Below, one piece after another: positions 18,180 through 27,490 of a stretch of 64,000 nucleotides of DNA. The translations under genes and the position numbers were made by a program. The stretch covers positions 3,840,001 to 3,904,000 of the forward strand of contig OY762897.2 in the NCBI GenBank assembly GCA_963666515.2, written 5' to 3'. Below the pieces are notes generated by a model. The model was not told the DNA's origin, did not search any database, and saw only the letters and a program-made list of their open reading frames with translations. The stretch's first letter is position 1. Every line of letters starts with the position of its first letter. This stretch comes from Candidatus Binatia bacterium (GTDB taxonomy: Bacteria; Desulfobacterota; Binatia; UBA9968; JAJDTQ01).

Positions 18180-18473
18180 ATGCGCTGCCCGACCTGCGGA
18201 GCCAGACAGGTGGAAGGCCCCTGCTGCCACCGTTGCGAAACCGACCTGCGCCAAGTGTTCGCCATCGAACGAGCCGCGGCCAACGAGAGGCAGCGCGCGC
18301 TCACCGCCCTCGCCCACGGCCGCCGATCGGAAGCCCGCGCCCTCGCCAACCGCGCCTGCACCCTGCACCGGTCCCGTGACGCCGTCGCCGCCCGCGCCGC
18401 GGTTGCCCTGGCAGACCGCGACTTCCCCTTGGCGTTGCGGCTGTGGCGGGAAACGCGCCGCGCACCAGATTGA
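18180..18473 (+). CDS. Zn-ribbon plus TPR-like small protein
   Basis: MRCPTCG...CHRCETDL (two CxxC) followed by Ala/Arg-rich helices; 8 bp after Hsp70 stop. Confidence 0.7.
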   Translation: MRCPTCGARQVEGPCCHRCETDLRQVFAIERAAANERQRALTALAHGRRSEARALANRACTLHRSRDAVAARAAVALADRDFPLALRLWRETRRAPD

Positions 18474-18544
18474 GACGCAAGAGTTACGGAGGATGGGAAA
18501 GCGCCGGACTGCTGCGAGTCGCCCTGGGTGACTTCGCCGGCTGG

Positions 18545-19525
18545 CTACGTGTCCCGCACGCTCGGGTGAAAGAGTTCCTCCACCGGGTACGGCGAGTCGA
18601 TCAGCGTCTGGTCGGTCAGGTATTTCATGAAGCGTTCGAGGCAGGCGCGGTTGGCCGCGAGGCCCGAAGGCCAGATGTCGGCGCCGAACAGGGTCCGTTC
18701 CTCCTCGAAGTCATTGCGCGCGAAGGCCAGTTCGGCATAGCCCGGGTCGTCATAGAATTCCGCCGCCTGGGCCTTGGAATCCTCCCACATGTCCATCAGC
18801 GCGCGCGGCAGGCCGGGGTGACGGTCGGCGATTTCCTGCTTGTAGACCAGCACGTGCATGATCGGATAGTCGCCGTTCTTCCTGAAATAGCGCGCGCATT
18901 CCTCCTTGGTGTCGGGGAACAGCCGGTGGAGCGATCCCTCGCGCAAGCCCTCCAGCAGCTTGGGCGGCGGATGCGGGTGGATCATCATGGCAAGGTCGCC
19001 CTCGATCAGCGCGTCCGGGGCGCTGGGCTCGTCGATCAGAGTCAGATTGGCGGCCTCGCGGCCCGGCCAGTCGATGAGTTCCGAGCTCATGGTCTGCCAG
19101 TCCAGCTCCTGCCAGGGCACGCCGTACTCGAACGCGAGGTCGCCTTTGGCCAGCACCGACATGGTGGTCTGGAAACTGCGGCAGCAGACCTTCCGGCCGA
19201 TCAGGTCCGCCGGCTTTTCGATGCCGGCCGCGGTGCTGACGAACATGTGGTTCTGGCTGAACAGGCGGCGCGGGAACACCGGCGTCGCCGTGTAGTCAAG
19301 CCCGCGGCTCTTGGCCGTGAGGTAGGACGACAGCGACATCTCGCAAATGTCGAACTCGCCGCCGCGCATGAAGCGCCTGTGGCGGTCGATGCCGTCGCGC
19401 CTCGGCGGCGCCATGCCGACCTCGAGCACTTTCAGGTCGATGCCTTCCGGGGGCGAGACCATTCCCATGAAGAACGGCACGTGCCGGTCATACCGCTCCA
19501 GCGCGATGGTCAATTCCGTCGCCAT
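18545..19525 (-). CDS. 4,5-dihydroxyphthalate decarboxylase-like / ABC substrate-binding fold protein
   Basis: YDRH, EFDICEMSLSSYL, PVFPRRLF, YPIMHVL, WPSGLAANR motifs. Confidence 0.75.
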   Translation of the reverse strand: MATELTIALERYDRHVPFFMGMVSPPEGIDLKVLEVGMAPPRRDGIDRHRRFMRGGEFDICEMSLSSYLTAKSRGLDYTATPVFPRRLFSQNHMFVSTAAGIEKPADLIGRKVCCRSFQTTMSVLAKGDLAFEYGVPWQELDWQTMSSELIDWPGREAANLTLIDEPSAPDALIEGDLAMMIHPHPPPKLLEGLREGSLHRLFPDTKEECARYFRKNGDYPIMHVLVYKQEIADRHPGLPRALMDMWEDSKAQAAEFYDDPGYAELAFARNDFEEERTLFGADIWPSGLAANRACLERFMKYLTDQTLIDSPYPVEELFHPSVRDT

Positions 19526-19541
19526 GTCGGGTTCCCTCGCC

Positions 19542-20705
19542 TTACGCGTCCAGCTTGAACAGCCGCTCCGCGTTGCCGTGGCGGATCAGCTCCTTGGTCT
19601 CCTCGGAGAGGTTCTGGTTGACGGCCAGGAGCTGGACGTCGCGGAACTTCATGCTGCCGCCGGGGTCGTCGTGGGGGTAGTCGGTGGCGAACAGGAAGCG
19701 CTCCGCTCCCAGGAAGTCGATGGCGTCGGGCAGCGCGGCCTCCTCGGTCTCGATGGTGAAGTAGAAGTTGTTGCGGAAGTAGTGGCTGGCCGGCTGCCTG
19801 TTCTTCTCCAGGAACACCTCAGGTCCATAGAACGCCCGGTGGCGGCGCAGCTTGGCCTGGACCCCGCGCATGACGTCAGCGTCGGCGTCCCCGTCGTAGT
19901 CCACCGGAGGGCCGGCGAAGGCCGCGTCCAGCCGTTCCACCAAGGGCCTGATGAAACCCGTTCCGGCCTCGGTGAAGATGAACTGGAGGCCGGGGAAGTC
20001 GTCCAGCAGCCCGCTGGTCACGAGCGACACCAGGCTCACCTGCCCCTCCTGCGGCGCGAACAGGTAGAGGCCGTCCTTCTGGAAGTTGGGCAGGTTGCTG
20101 ATGCGGTGGCCGTGCTGGATGTTGTGGAGGAAGATGGGCATCTCCATCTCTTCGGCCCGGGCGAAGAAGGGCCACAGCTCCTTGTGGCTGCCGAGGCTCT
20201 CGCCGTAGGGGTGGTCCTGCACCGGGTAGACCTTGTCCAGCACCACCGCGCAAAACCCCTCCTTCTGCGCCCACTCCATCTCGCGAATGGCCGCGGGCAC
20301 GTCCTGGAGCTGCACGATGGCCACGCCGACGAGACAGTTGTGGCGCTCCATCATGCGCAGGTTGGACAGGTTGTAGGAGCGGGCGATGGCCGACGCCAGC
20401 GCCGGCTCGATCATGTAGCTCCACCAGCCGGAGAACTGCGGCAGCACGAACTGCCGGTCCACCCCCAGCACCGGCATCTCGTCGAGCCGCACCTGCAGGT
20501 CCACCAGCCCCTTCATCTTGGCCCCGGAGCCCGGCGCGCCCAACGGCGTCACGCCGGGGACTTCGGGCGGCCCGCCGGGAAACTCCATGTCGACGAGCAG
20601 TCCGTCTTCGCCATACACGGGGACCGGCGCCTTGCCGCGGAACTCCTCGGGCACGTAGTCAAAGGCGTCCTCGGGCATGATGTGGGTGTCGCAGTCGATG
20701 ATCAC
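19542..20705 (-). CDS. Amidohydrolase_2 family protein (ACMSD/LigW-like)
   Basis: GTG start 20705 with AGGAGG RBS; IDCDTH, IFLH, FTEAG, FATDYPHDD; 16 bp upstream of the decarboxylase-like gene. Confidence 0.85.
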   Translation of the reverse strand: MIIDCDTHIMPEDAFDYVPEEFRGKAPVPVYGEDGLLVDMEFPGGPPEVPGVTPLGAPGSGAKMKGLVDLQVRLDEMPVLGVDRQFVLPQFSGWWSYMIEPALASAIARSYNLSNLRMMERHNCLVGVAIVQLQDVPAAIREMEWAQKEGFCAVVLDKVYPVQDHPYGESLGSHKELWPFFARAEEMEMPIFLHNIQHGHRISNLPNFQKDGLYLFAPQEGQVSLVSLVTSGLLDDFPGLQFIFTEAGTGFIRPLVERLDAAFAGPPVDYDGDADADVMRGVQAKLRRHRAFYGPEVFLEKNRQPASHYFRNNFYFTIETEEAALPDAIDFLGAERFLFATDYPHDDPGGSMKFRDVQLLAVNQNLSEETKELIRHGNAERLFKLDA

Positions 20706-20835
20706 GGGGTTTCCTCCTGGTCGGATCAGATAGCTATTAGCGCCGTTGGGCGGTGTTGGCAACCTTGCCGGGCCCGGACGAGCGATCGGTCCAGGCACCC
20801 GTCGGAAGAAGAACATACTGACGCCCTGCCTGTCA

Positions 20836-20864
20836 TTGTACAGGCCATAAATTCCTGGCATAGT
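20836..20864 (+). promoter_or_regulatory. Putative sigma70 promoter of the TA operon
   Basis: TTGTAC-N17-CATAGT ending 7 bp before ATG 20872. Confidence 0.4.
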
Positions 20865-20871
20865 TTAAGCC

Positions 20872-21141
20872 ATGCCAATGCCACGTCACAATATGCATGT
20901 TCCTCTTCCGACGGACACCCATGCGCGACTCAAAGCGGAGTCCAAGCGCTCTGGGCGGCCCACGACGGCGCTGGCCCGCGAAGCTATCGAGACATGGCTG
21001 GCCGAGCGGGAAAAAGAGTCCCTGCACGATGCAATCGCCGAGTATGCGCGGGTGGCTGCCGGGACACCGGCTGATCTGGATCCGGAGTTGGAAAGCGCCG
21101 CGGTGGATCATCTGCTGGATACCGAGCGGGGCGACGCGTGA
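20872..21141 (+). CDS. Ribbon-helix-helix antitoxin
   Basis: HVPLPTDTHARLKAESKRSGRPTTALAREAI RHH pattern, acidic tail, 4-bp overlap with toxin. Confidence 0.75.
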   Translation: MPMPRHNMHVPLPTDTHARLKAESKRSGRPTTALAREAIETWLAEREKESLHDAIAEYARVAAGTPADLDPELESAAVDHLLDTERGDA

Positions 21142-21485
21142 AACGCGGGGATGTTTACTGGGCAACCCTGACGCCTCGGTCGGGCTCGGAACAGAAGGGT
21201 CGGCGCCCCGTCATCGTCGTTTCCCATGACGGTTTCAATCAGACATCCGCATGGCGTTCCATCATCGTCGTCCCGCTGTCAACGTCTATCCCCCAACGGC
21301 AACGTGGACCGACGTCCGTTGCCTTGCCTGAAGGCGTCGCAGGCCTGAACCGGGACGGCGTTGCGCTATGCCACCAAGTCACCACGCTCGATCGGGCCAA
21401 GCTGTCGCGCCATATCGGCACCCTGCCTACGGTGGCCATGAGCGCGGTGGATGCCGGCCTCAAGGCCGCGCTCGCGTTGTGGTAA
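21138..21485 (+). CDS. mazF: PemK/MazF family toxin
   Basis: MKRGDVYWA...GSEQKGRRPVIVVS.D.FN...VVPLST...QVTTLDR. Confidence 0.9.
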   Translation: MKRGDVYWATLTPRSGSEQKGRRPVIVVSHDGFNQTSAWRSIIVVPLSTSIPQRQRGPTSVALPEGVAGLNRDGVALCHQVTTLDRAKLSRHIGTLPTVAMSAVDAGLKAALALW

Positions 21486-21642
21486 ACCGCCGGTACGGAA
21501 GCGGCAGCCCACCGTCTCCTGAAACGTACACGGTGCCCATCCGGGCTTGAAACCTGCCCCTGCACCCGGACCGTCCTGCGGCGCAGGCTCCCAAGGACGG
21601 CGGGACTTCACGGACCACGGGCGAATCGGTAAGAAGAGCGTC

Positions 21643-24405
21643 ATGGAACGGTCACTGAAGAAGGCAGGACGCAGTCGCCCGCGGTTGGTGAACGAGCGGC
21701 CGCCGACGTTTCGCGGCTGGCTCTCCACCGATGAAGACGAGGTCCGGCGGAGGGAGTGGCGCGGGCGGACCGAGATCGACGAGATACGTGCGCTCGACCC
21801 GAAGCACCGCCCGTTCGGCGACTACCGTGTCGCTTCGTCGAGCGGCGGCCGCTACGTGGTCGAGATACGCTCGCTCCGCCAACGCATCAATTCCTGCGAG
21901 TGTCACGACTACCGCACCAACCGTCTGGGGACCTGCAAGCACATCGAAGGGGTGCTGCGCCGTGCGGACGGCGTCCGCGCCGGAGGCGCGGCGAGTGGAA
22001 GATCGAACGGCCGTATCGAGATATTCGTCGACGAGGCCAACGGGCGGGCGCTACGACGGACCGTTCCGACGGCGAACGGGCGCGGCGCGCCGGAAGTCGT
22101 CGCGGAAACGGAGCGGCTCTTCCGCAGCCTGCGCCGCGGCTCCCCGAAGGCGCTCGCCGGGCTTCGCCGGATGGCGTCGGACCACCCTGGCGCGTTGCGG
22201 GTCTCACGCCTGCTGGAGGGTTGGGTCGAGGCCAGGCAGGCGTCGGAGCGCAAACGCCGCGAACGGGCGCGTTTCGCCGCGGACCTCAGCGAAAGGCGCC
22301 GCTCCCTCGATTTTCTCAAACGTCCGCTGCTGCCGTACCAGGTGGAGGGCGTCCTCCATCTTGCGTTCGGGGAGCGCTCGTTGCTTGCGGACGACATGGG
22401 CCTCGGCAAGACGGTGCAGGCCATCGCGGCCTGCGCGCTCCTGCGCGAACTCCGCGGCGTCGAGCGGGTGCTGGTGGTGTCGCCGGCCTCCCTCAAGGCC
22501 GAATGGGAGGAACAGATCGCGACCTTCTCCGACCTTCCCGCCACGGTCGTGTTCGGGGGACCCGCGGCCCGCCGCGCGGCCTACGAGCGGGGCGCCTTCT
22601 TCACGCTCTGCAACTATGAGCAGGTGGTGGTGGACCGGAGGGAACTCATCGAGACGCTCCGGCCCGATGTCGTGATTCTGGACGAAGCCCAACGCATCAA
22701 GAACTGGCAGACCAAGACCGCCAACGAGGTCAAGAAGCTCGACAGCCGCTACGCCTTCGTCCTCACCGGCACCCCCCTCGAGAACCGCATCGACGAAGTC
22801 TACTCGATCGTCCAGTTTCTCAATCCCGATCTCCTCGGCCCGCTGTTCCGCTTCAACCGGGAGTTCTATGAGTTGGACGAAAAGGGCCGCCCCGTGGGCT
22901 ACCGCAACCTGGAGGCGCTGGCGGAGCGGGTGTCGTCGGTGATGCTCCGCCGGCGGAAGGAGGACGTCGAGAGCCAGCTTCCGGGGCGGACGACGAAGAC
23001 GTTCTTCGTTCCCATGACCGAGACCCAGCTCGACGTCTACGACGGTTACGAGCGCCTTGCGCAACGGCTCGCCGCCATCGCCGCGAAACGGCCGCTTACG
23101 CCCGAGGAGTTCAAGTCGCTCCAGGGGAATCTCGCCTGCATGCGCATGGCCTGCGACACCCCTTACATCCTCGACGGCAGGACGCGCGAGTGTCCCAAGA
23201 TGGAGGAGATCGAAGGGCTCTTGCCGGACCTCTTGGAAGACCCCGCGCGCAAGATCATCATCTTCTCCGAATGGGTGCGGATGCTGGAGCTGGTCCGCGA
23301 CTACGCGGTGGAGGCCGGCATCGAGTTCGCGTGGCACACGGGAAGCGTCCCCCAGCTTCGGCGCCGCGCCGAGATCCAACGGTTCCGCAAGGACCCCGAA
23401 TGCCGGCTGTTCCTCTCTTCCGAGTCCGGCGGGGTGGGACTGAACCTCCAGGTGGCCGACACGGTCATCAACATGGACCAGCCGTGGAACCCCGCACGGC
23501 TGGAGCAGCGCATCGCCCGCGCCTGGCGCAAGCACCAGACCCGCGCCGTCCACGTCATCCACCTGGTGAGCGAGCACACCATCGAACACCGCATGCTCGG
23601 GCTGCTGGACGCCAAGCGAGCGCTGGCCGAAGGCGTGCTCGACCGCAAGGGCGATCTCGCCGGCATCCGTATGCCCAACAGCCGGGCCGCGTTCATGGAG
23701 CGGCTGCAGGCCGTGCTCGACACCCGGCCGAAAGAGGAGGAGGCCGCGGCCGGGGCGCAACCTCCGGTCACCACCCTCGACCGCCTGCGCGATGAGCTGG
23801 TCGCCGGTCACGGTGCGGCGTTGCAGCGGATCCTTGCGCGCGAAGGCGCCGGCGCCGCGCTGGTCGTGCTCAACCTCCCAGCCCCTCGTCTGGCGGAGGA
23901 AGAACGCCGCCTCAGCGAATCCACGGGACTGAGCGTCAAGGTCATCGCCCCTGACGCCTACGAGTCGATGCGGCGTCTGGCGGAAGCCGGGTTGATCTCG
24001 ATGCCGGCGGAGGACCTCCGCGAGGTGTATCCTGCCGCCGGCGCGGAGGACGACGGGAGCGCCGGCCGCCTGCTTCGCGCCAAGGCGCTGGCCGAACGCG
24101 CGGAGCACAAGCTCAAGGCCTCGGCGTTGCTCGAAGGCGGCGGCTTCCCGGAGGAAGCGCGCGCCCCCGCGGTGGAGGCGGCCCGGCTCGCCGCCGGATG
24201 CCTGGCCGTGGCGGAGGGTGCGCCGGAGCCCGAGGACGCCGAAGCCGCGGCGGCGTTTCTGCTTGAGCACGAGGTGGCGGCCGGCGGTCTCCCGCTCGAC
24301 GCGGTAGGCATACTTTCCGGCGAGGCGCCCGAGGCGGAAGTGGCGGCCCCTGTGCGCAGCCTGCTGGACGCGGTGGCTGCGCGCCTCGATCCCGCCGCGG
24401 GCTGA
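21643..24405 (+). CDS. SWIM zinc finger-SNF2 family helicase with extra C-terminal region
   Basis: CECHDYRTNRLGTCKH (SWIM); LADDMGLGKT, DEAQRIKN, LTGTPLEN, GGVGLNLQ, QRIARAWR; start uncertain (ORF open from 21547). Confidence 0.88.
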   Translation: MERSLKKAGRSRPRLVNERPPTFRGWLSTDEDEVRRREWRGRTEIDEIRALDPKHRPFGDYRVASSSGGRYVVEIRSLRQRINSCECHDYRTNRLGTCKHIEGVLRRADGVRAGGAASGRSNGRIEIFVDEANGRALRRTVPTANGRGAPEVVAETERLFRSLRRGSPKALAGLRRMASDHPGALRVSRLLEGWVEARQASERKRRERARFAADLSERRRSLDFLKRPLLPYQVEGVLHLAFGERSLLADDMGLGKTVQAIAACALLRELRGVERVLVVSPASLKAEWEEQIATFSDLPATVVFGGPAARRAAYERGAFFTLCNYEQVVVDRRELIETLRPDVVILDEAQRIKNWQTKTANEVKKLDSRYAFVLTGTPLENRIDEVYSIVQFLNPDLLGPLFRFNREFYELDEKGRPVGYRNLEALAERVSSVMLRRRKEDVESQLPGRTTKTFFVPMTETQLDVYDGYERLAQRLAAIAAKRPLTPEEFKSLQGNLACMRMACDTPYILDGRTRECPKMEEIEGLLPDLLEDPARKIIIFSEWVRMLELVRDYAVEAGIEFAWHTGSVPQLRRRAEIQRFRKDPECRLFLSSESGGVGLNLQVADTVINMDQPWNPARLEQRIARAWRKHQTRAVHVIHLVSEHTIEHRMLGLLDAKRALAEGVLDRKGDLAGIRMPNSRAAFMERLQAVLDTRPKEEEAAAGAQPPVTTLDRLRDELVAGHGAALQRILAREGAGAALVVLNLPAPRLAEEERRLSESTGLSVKVIAPDAYESMRRLAEAGLISMPAEDLREVYPAAGAEDDGSAGRLLRAKALAERAEHKLKASALLEGGGFPEEARAPAVEAARLAAGCLAVAEGAPEPEDAEAAAAFLLEHEVAAGGLPLDAVGILSGEAPEAEVAAPVRSLLDAVAARLDPAAG

Positions 24406-24409
24406 AGCC

Positions 24410-25099
24410 ATGTGCGGCCGGTACACGCAGACGGCGAAGCTCGACGAGCTTGTCAATAGATTCGGCATCGACGAGCCGGATTTCGACCTGACGCCCCGGT
24501 ACAACCTGGCGCCCAGCCAGGATGCGCCGGTGGTGGGCGTCAACCCCAATACGCCGGGGACCCGCACCCTGCGGCTGATGCGCTGGGGCCTCGTGCCCTG
24601 GCACGCCAGGGACGCCTCCAAGCCCATCATCAACGCCCGCGCCGAGACCCTCGCCCAGCGGCCCGCCTTCCGGGACTTGGTGCCGAGGCGGCGCTGCCTG
24701 GTTCTGGCCGACGGCTTCTACGAGTGGCGCCGGGACGGCCGCTTCCGGACCCCCATGCGCTTCACCCTCCGAAGCGGCGAACCCTTCGCCTTCGCCGGCC
24801 TCTGGGACCGCTGGCGCCGGCCCGACGGCGCCTCGTTCTATTCGTTCACCATCGTCACCACGAGTCCCAACAACCTCCTCGAGCCGATCCACAACCGGAT
24901 GCCCGCCATCCTGCTTCCGGACGAAGAAGCCAAGTGGCTCGATCCCGCTAACACGGACCCCACGGCCCTGTCGGCGTTGCTGAAATCCTATCCCGCCGAG
25001 TTGATGGATGGGTACTGCGTCTCACGAGCCGTCAACTCGCCCGTTAACGACTCCGCGGAGTGCATCGCGCGAGACGAACCGCCGGTAACTTGGTTGTGA
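24410..25099 (+). CDS. SOS response-associated peptidase (SRAP/YedK/HMCES)
   Basis: N-terminal MCGRY, YNLAPSQ, INARAET, RRCLVLADGFYEW, IHNRMP. Confidence 0.93.
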   Translation: MCGRYTQTAKLDELVNRFGIDEPDFDLTPRYNLAPSQDAPVVGVNPNTPGTRTLRLMRWGLVPWHARDASKPIINARAETLAQRPAFRDLVPRRRCLVLADGFYEWRRDGRFRTPMRFTLRSGEPFAFAGLWDRWRRPDGASFYSFTIVTTSPNNLLEPIHNRMPAILLPDEEAKWLDPANTDPTALSALLKSYPAELMDGYCVSRAVNSPVNDSAECIARDEPPVTWL

Positions 25100-25316
25100 C
25101 GTAGATGACGGTCGTCCCGAGCAAGGTGGGGCTTGCGGATCGGCCGATAGCGGGATAATTCTTGTACGGTGTAGGGAGGTTGACGCGGATTCGTAAGGAT
25201 CGTGCTCGGTCGAAAGAGCACAAAGGTGGTGATTGGATGAGGCTGAAGCAGTATCGTGCACTTGTCGGCTGGGCCATTCTGGAATGGTATGAGGGAGACG
25301 ATCAATAGGTGGCGCT

Positions 25317-26667
25317 ATGGGCGCGATTAGGCGGTTTTTTGTTCGCGATGTACGCTGTTTCGAGGGTGACCACACGCTCGAGATACGTCCATTGACATTC
25401 CTCGTGGGCGAGAATAGCACAGGCAAGTCAACCGTTTTGGGTTGCCTCCATGCACTAGGGAGCTTTCTCGAATACCGTCATACGAATATCGATTTCAATT
25501 CGGAACCCTACCAGATGGGCGCTTTCGCCGACATCGTGAGGAGGTCGCGGCCCAGAAAACAAGACTTCCAATTGGGTATCGAACTCTCGACAGACGGCGG
25601 CAGCAATCTTCGATTTTTTGTTGTCCTGACGGAGGAGGAGAGGGGGTCCGAGCCCTTCTTTCGAAGTGCAAGATGGGTGTTCGAAGACGGCGAGATCGCG
25701 TTGTCAACCCCGGACGACGGAGAGGAGCAGACTGAGCGTGGTTTTCACGTGACTCAGTCCTCCGCAAACCGTTTTCATATCCAGTTGAGCAACGCCAGGC
25801 TTTGGCAGTTCGTCTTCTTCGAACTGCCGTATATGGGGGATTATCTGGAGAGCGCGAAGTCATCGAGCGGCACCCAAGCGGACTTGGGGACTGCAGCGAA
25901 GAATCTGAAAGACTTCATCAATCGGCAATTCTCCAAGGATGCCGGCGTCCCTGGAACATATCGATACGGCCCCTTGTTTGGTTTGCACTCGTACTCCATC
26001 CACAGCATTGCACCAGTGCGTTCCAAACCCAAGCGGACATACGACCCTTTGAAGGAGACAGAAACACCAGACGGCAGCGAGATTCCGGTGGCGCTGATGA
26101 ATCTTAGCGTTTCAAGAAGGGGGGAATGGACGGAGTTACGCGAAGGCCTCTTGGCGTTTGGCCGGGAGTCTGGCCTGTTCTCGGACATCGCTCTTCGTAG
26201 ATTGGGCGGGTCTCGAGGGGGACCCGTTTCAGTTGCAGATCAAGGTCAGTGGCCCGAGGGCCAATTTGATGGATGTGGGGTACGGCGTCAGCCAAGTTCT
26301 ACCTATCCTCGTACGGATTCTGACGGGGCGGCATGCTACCTTTTTGTTGCAGCAGCCGGAAGTCCACTTACACCCGAAAGGGCAGGCCGAATTGGCGTCT
26401 CTGTTGGTAGATGTTCACCACAGCCATGACAACGCTTTCGTTATTGAAACGCACAGCGATCACATGATTGATCGTGTTCGTATCGAGATCAGACGCGGTA
26501 GGATCAAGCCAGAGGACGTTTCGCTAATCTATCTCGAACCTATTGGCAATCACGTGAGGACCCACAACATCGGCTTCGACGCGCGCGCCAATATGGTTGG
26601 CGTTCCCCAACACTACCGTGATTTCTTCCTGAACGAGGCGGATCGCTTGCTGGGATTGGCGGATTGA
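25317..26667 (+). pseudogene. ABC-type (AAA_21/DUF3696-like) ATPase split by a +1 frameshift in a G5 run
   Basis: Walker A GENSTGKS in ORF 25317..26429; VGYGVSQVLP, LLQQPEVHLHP, ETHSDH in ORF 26158..26667; removing one G at 26217-26221 joins them as GGSRGDPFQLQ. Confidence 0.8.
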
Positions 26668-26670
26668 GAC

Positions 26671-27083
26671 ATGTGCGTGATTCTGGATGCCAACAGCTAC
26701 AGCGACTTTCTTGACGCGGACAACGCCGGCATGCGGGCGCTGAGAGATTGGCTCAGGACACAAGGGAAACTCGTCTACGCGCCAACCCGAAGGATAAAGG
26801 CCGAGCTTGATTCTCACGGACCCATGAAAAGCGGTTTGTCGAGTACTCTCAGGCGGGTAGAGTCAAGGAAGTGGCTGGGGAAGAAGTCGTCGCCAAGGAG
26901 GTCGAACTAACGGATCTATCATCCGATGACGGGCACATAGTCGCGCTTGCGCTCGTTGCCGGGGTCGAGGTGCTGGTTTCCCACGACAAGAAACTCCACG
27001 ATGACTTCAAGAGACTCGTCAAGGGCAAAGTGTACCAGAACGAGAAACACAAACATCTTCTGCGACGCGACACCTGTCCCTGA
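26671..27083 (+). pseudogene. PIN domain protein split by a -1 frameshift in an A4 run
   Basis: MCVILDAN start and SDDGHIVALA...LVSHDKKL end; adding one A at 26827-26830 gives one ORF (PMKKRFVEYSQAGRV). Confidence 0.75.
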
Positions 27084-27145
27084 GTCTGGCAAGGGCTCCC
27101 GTTCACACCCGGGCCCCGGGTAAGCCCGGGACCCCGCGAGAGAAG

Positions 27146-27490
27146 CTACTTCGCCGCGCAGACCATGATCTCAACCAAGGTGCCCGGCGTGAGCGCCACG
27201 CCGATGGCGGCGCGGGCGGGCAGGTTGTCCTTGTCGATCCACGCCATCCATGCCTCGTTCATCTCGTCCTTGGCGTCGATGTCGGCGAGATAGACGGTGG
27301 ACGTGAGGATGCGGGACTTGTTGGTGCCGGCGGCGGCGAGGACGTCGTCGATCTTGGCCAGCACCTGCTCGGTCTGGCCTTTCGTGGACAGGGACTTGTC
27401 GTCGGCTACCAAGCCGGACAGGTACACAAGGTCGCCGTGCACCACGGCGCGGCTGTTCCAAACCTGCGGTCTGATGTGTTCAATGCTCAT
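27146..27490 (-). CDS. RidA family protein (YoaB/Rid2-like)
   Basis: SRAVVHG..VYLSG, QTEQVLAKID, MNEAW, PARA, VEIMV. Confidence 0.88.
   Translation of the reverse strand: MSIEHIRPQVWNSRAVVHGDLVYLSGLVADDKSLSTKGQTEQVLAKIDDVLAAAGTNKSRILTSTVYLADIDAKDEMNEAWMAWIDKDNLPARAAIGVALTPGTLVEIMVCAAK

Noticed and set aside
25100-25316. Possible ncRNA upstream of the ATPase (hairpin gtgctc-N8-gagcac at ~25202)
   Set aside because: One short hairpin only; no reverse transcriptase or recognisable RNA family, so a retron-like call is unsupported.
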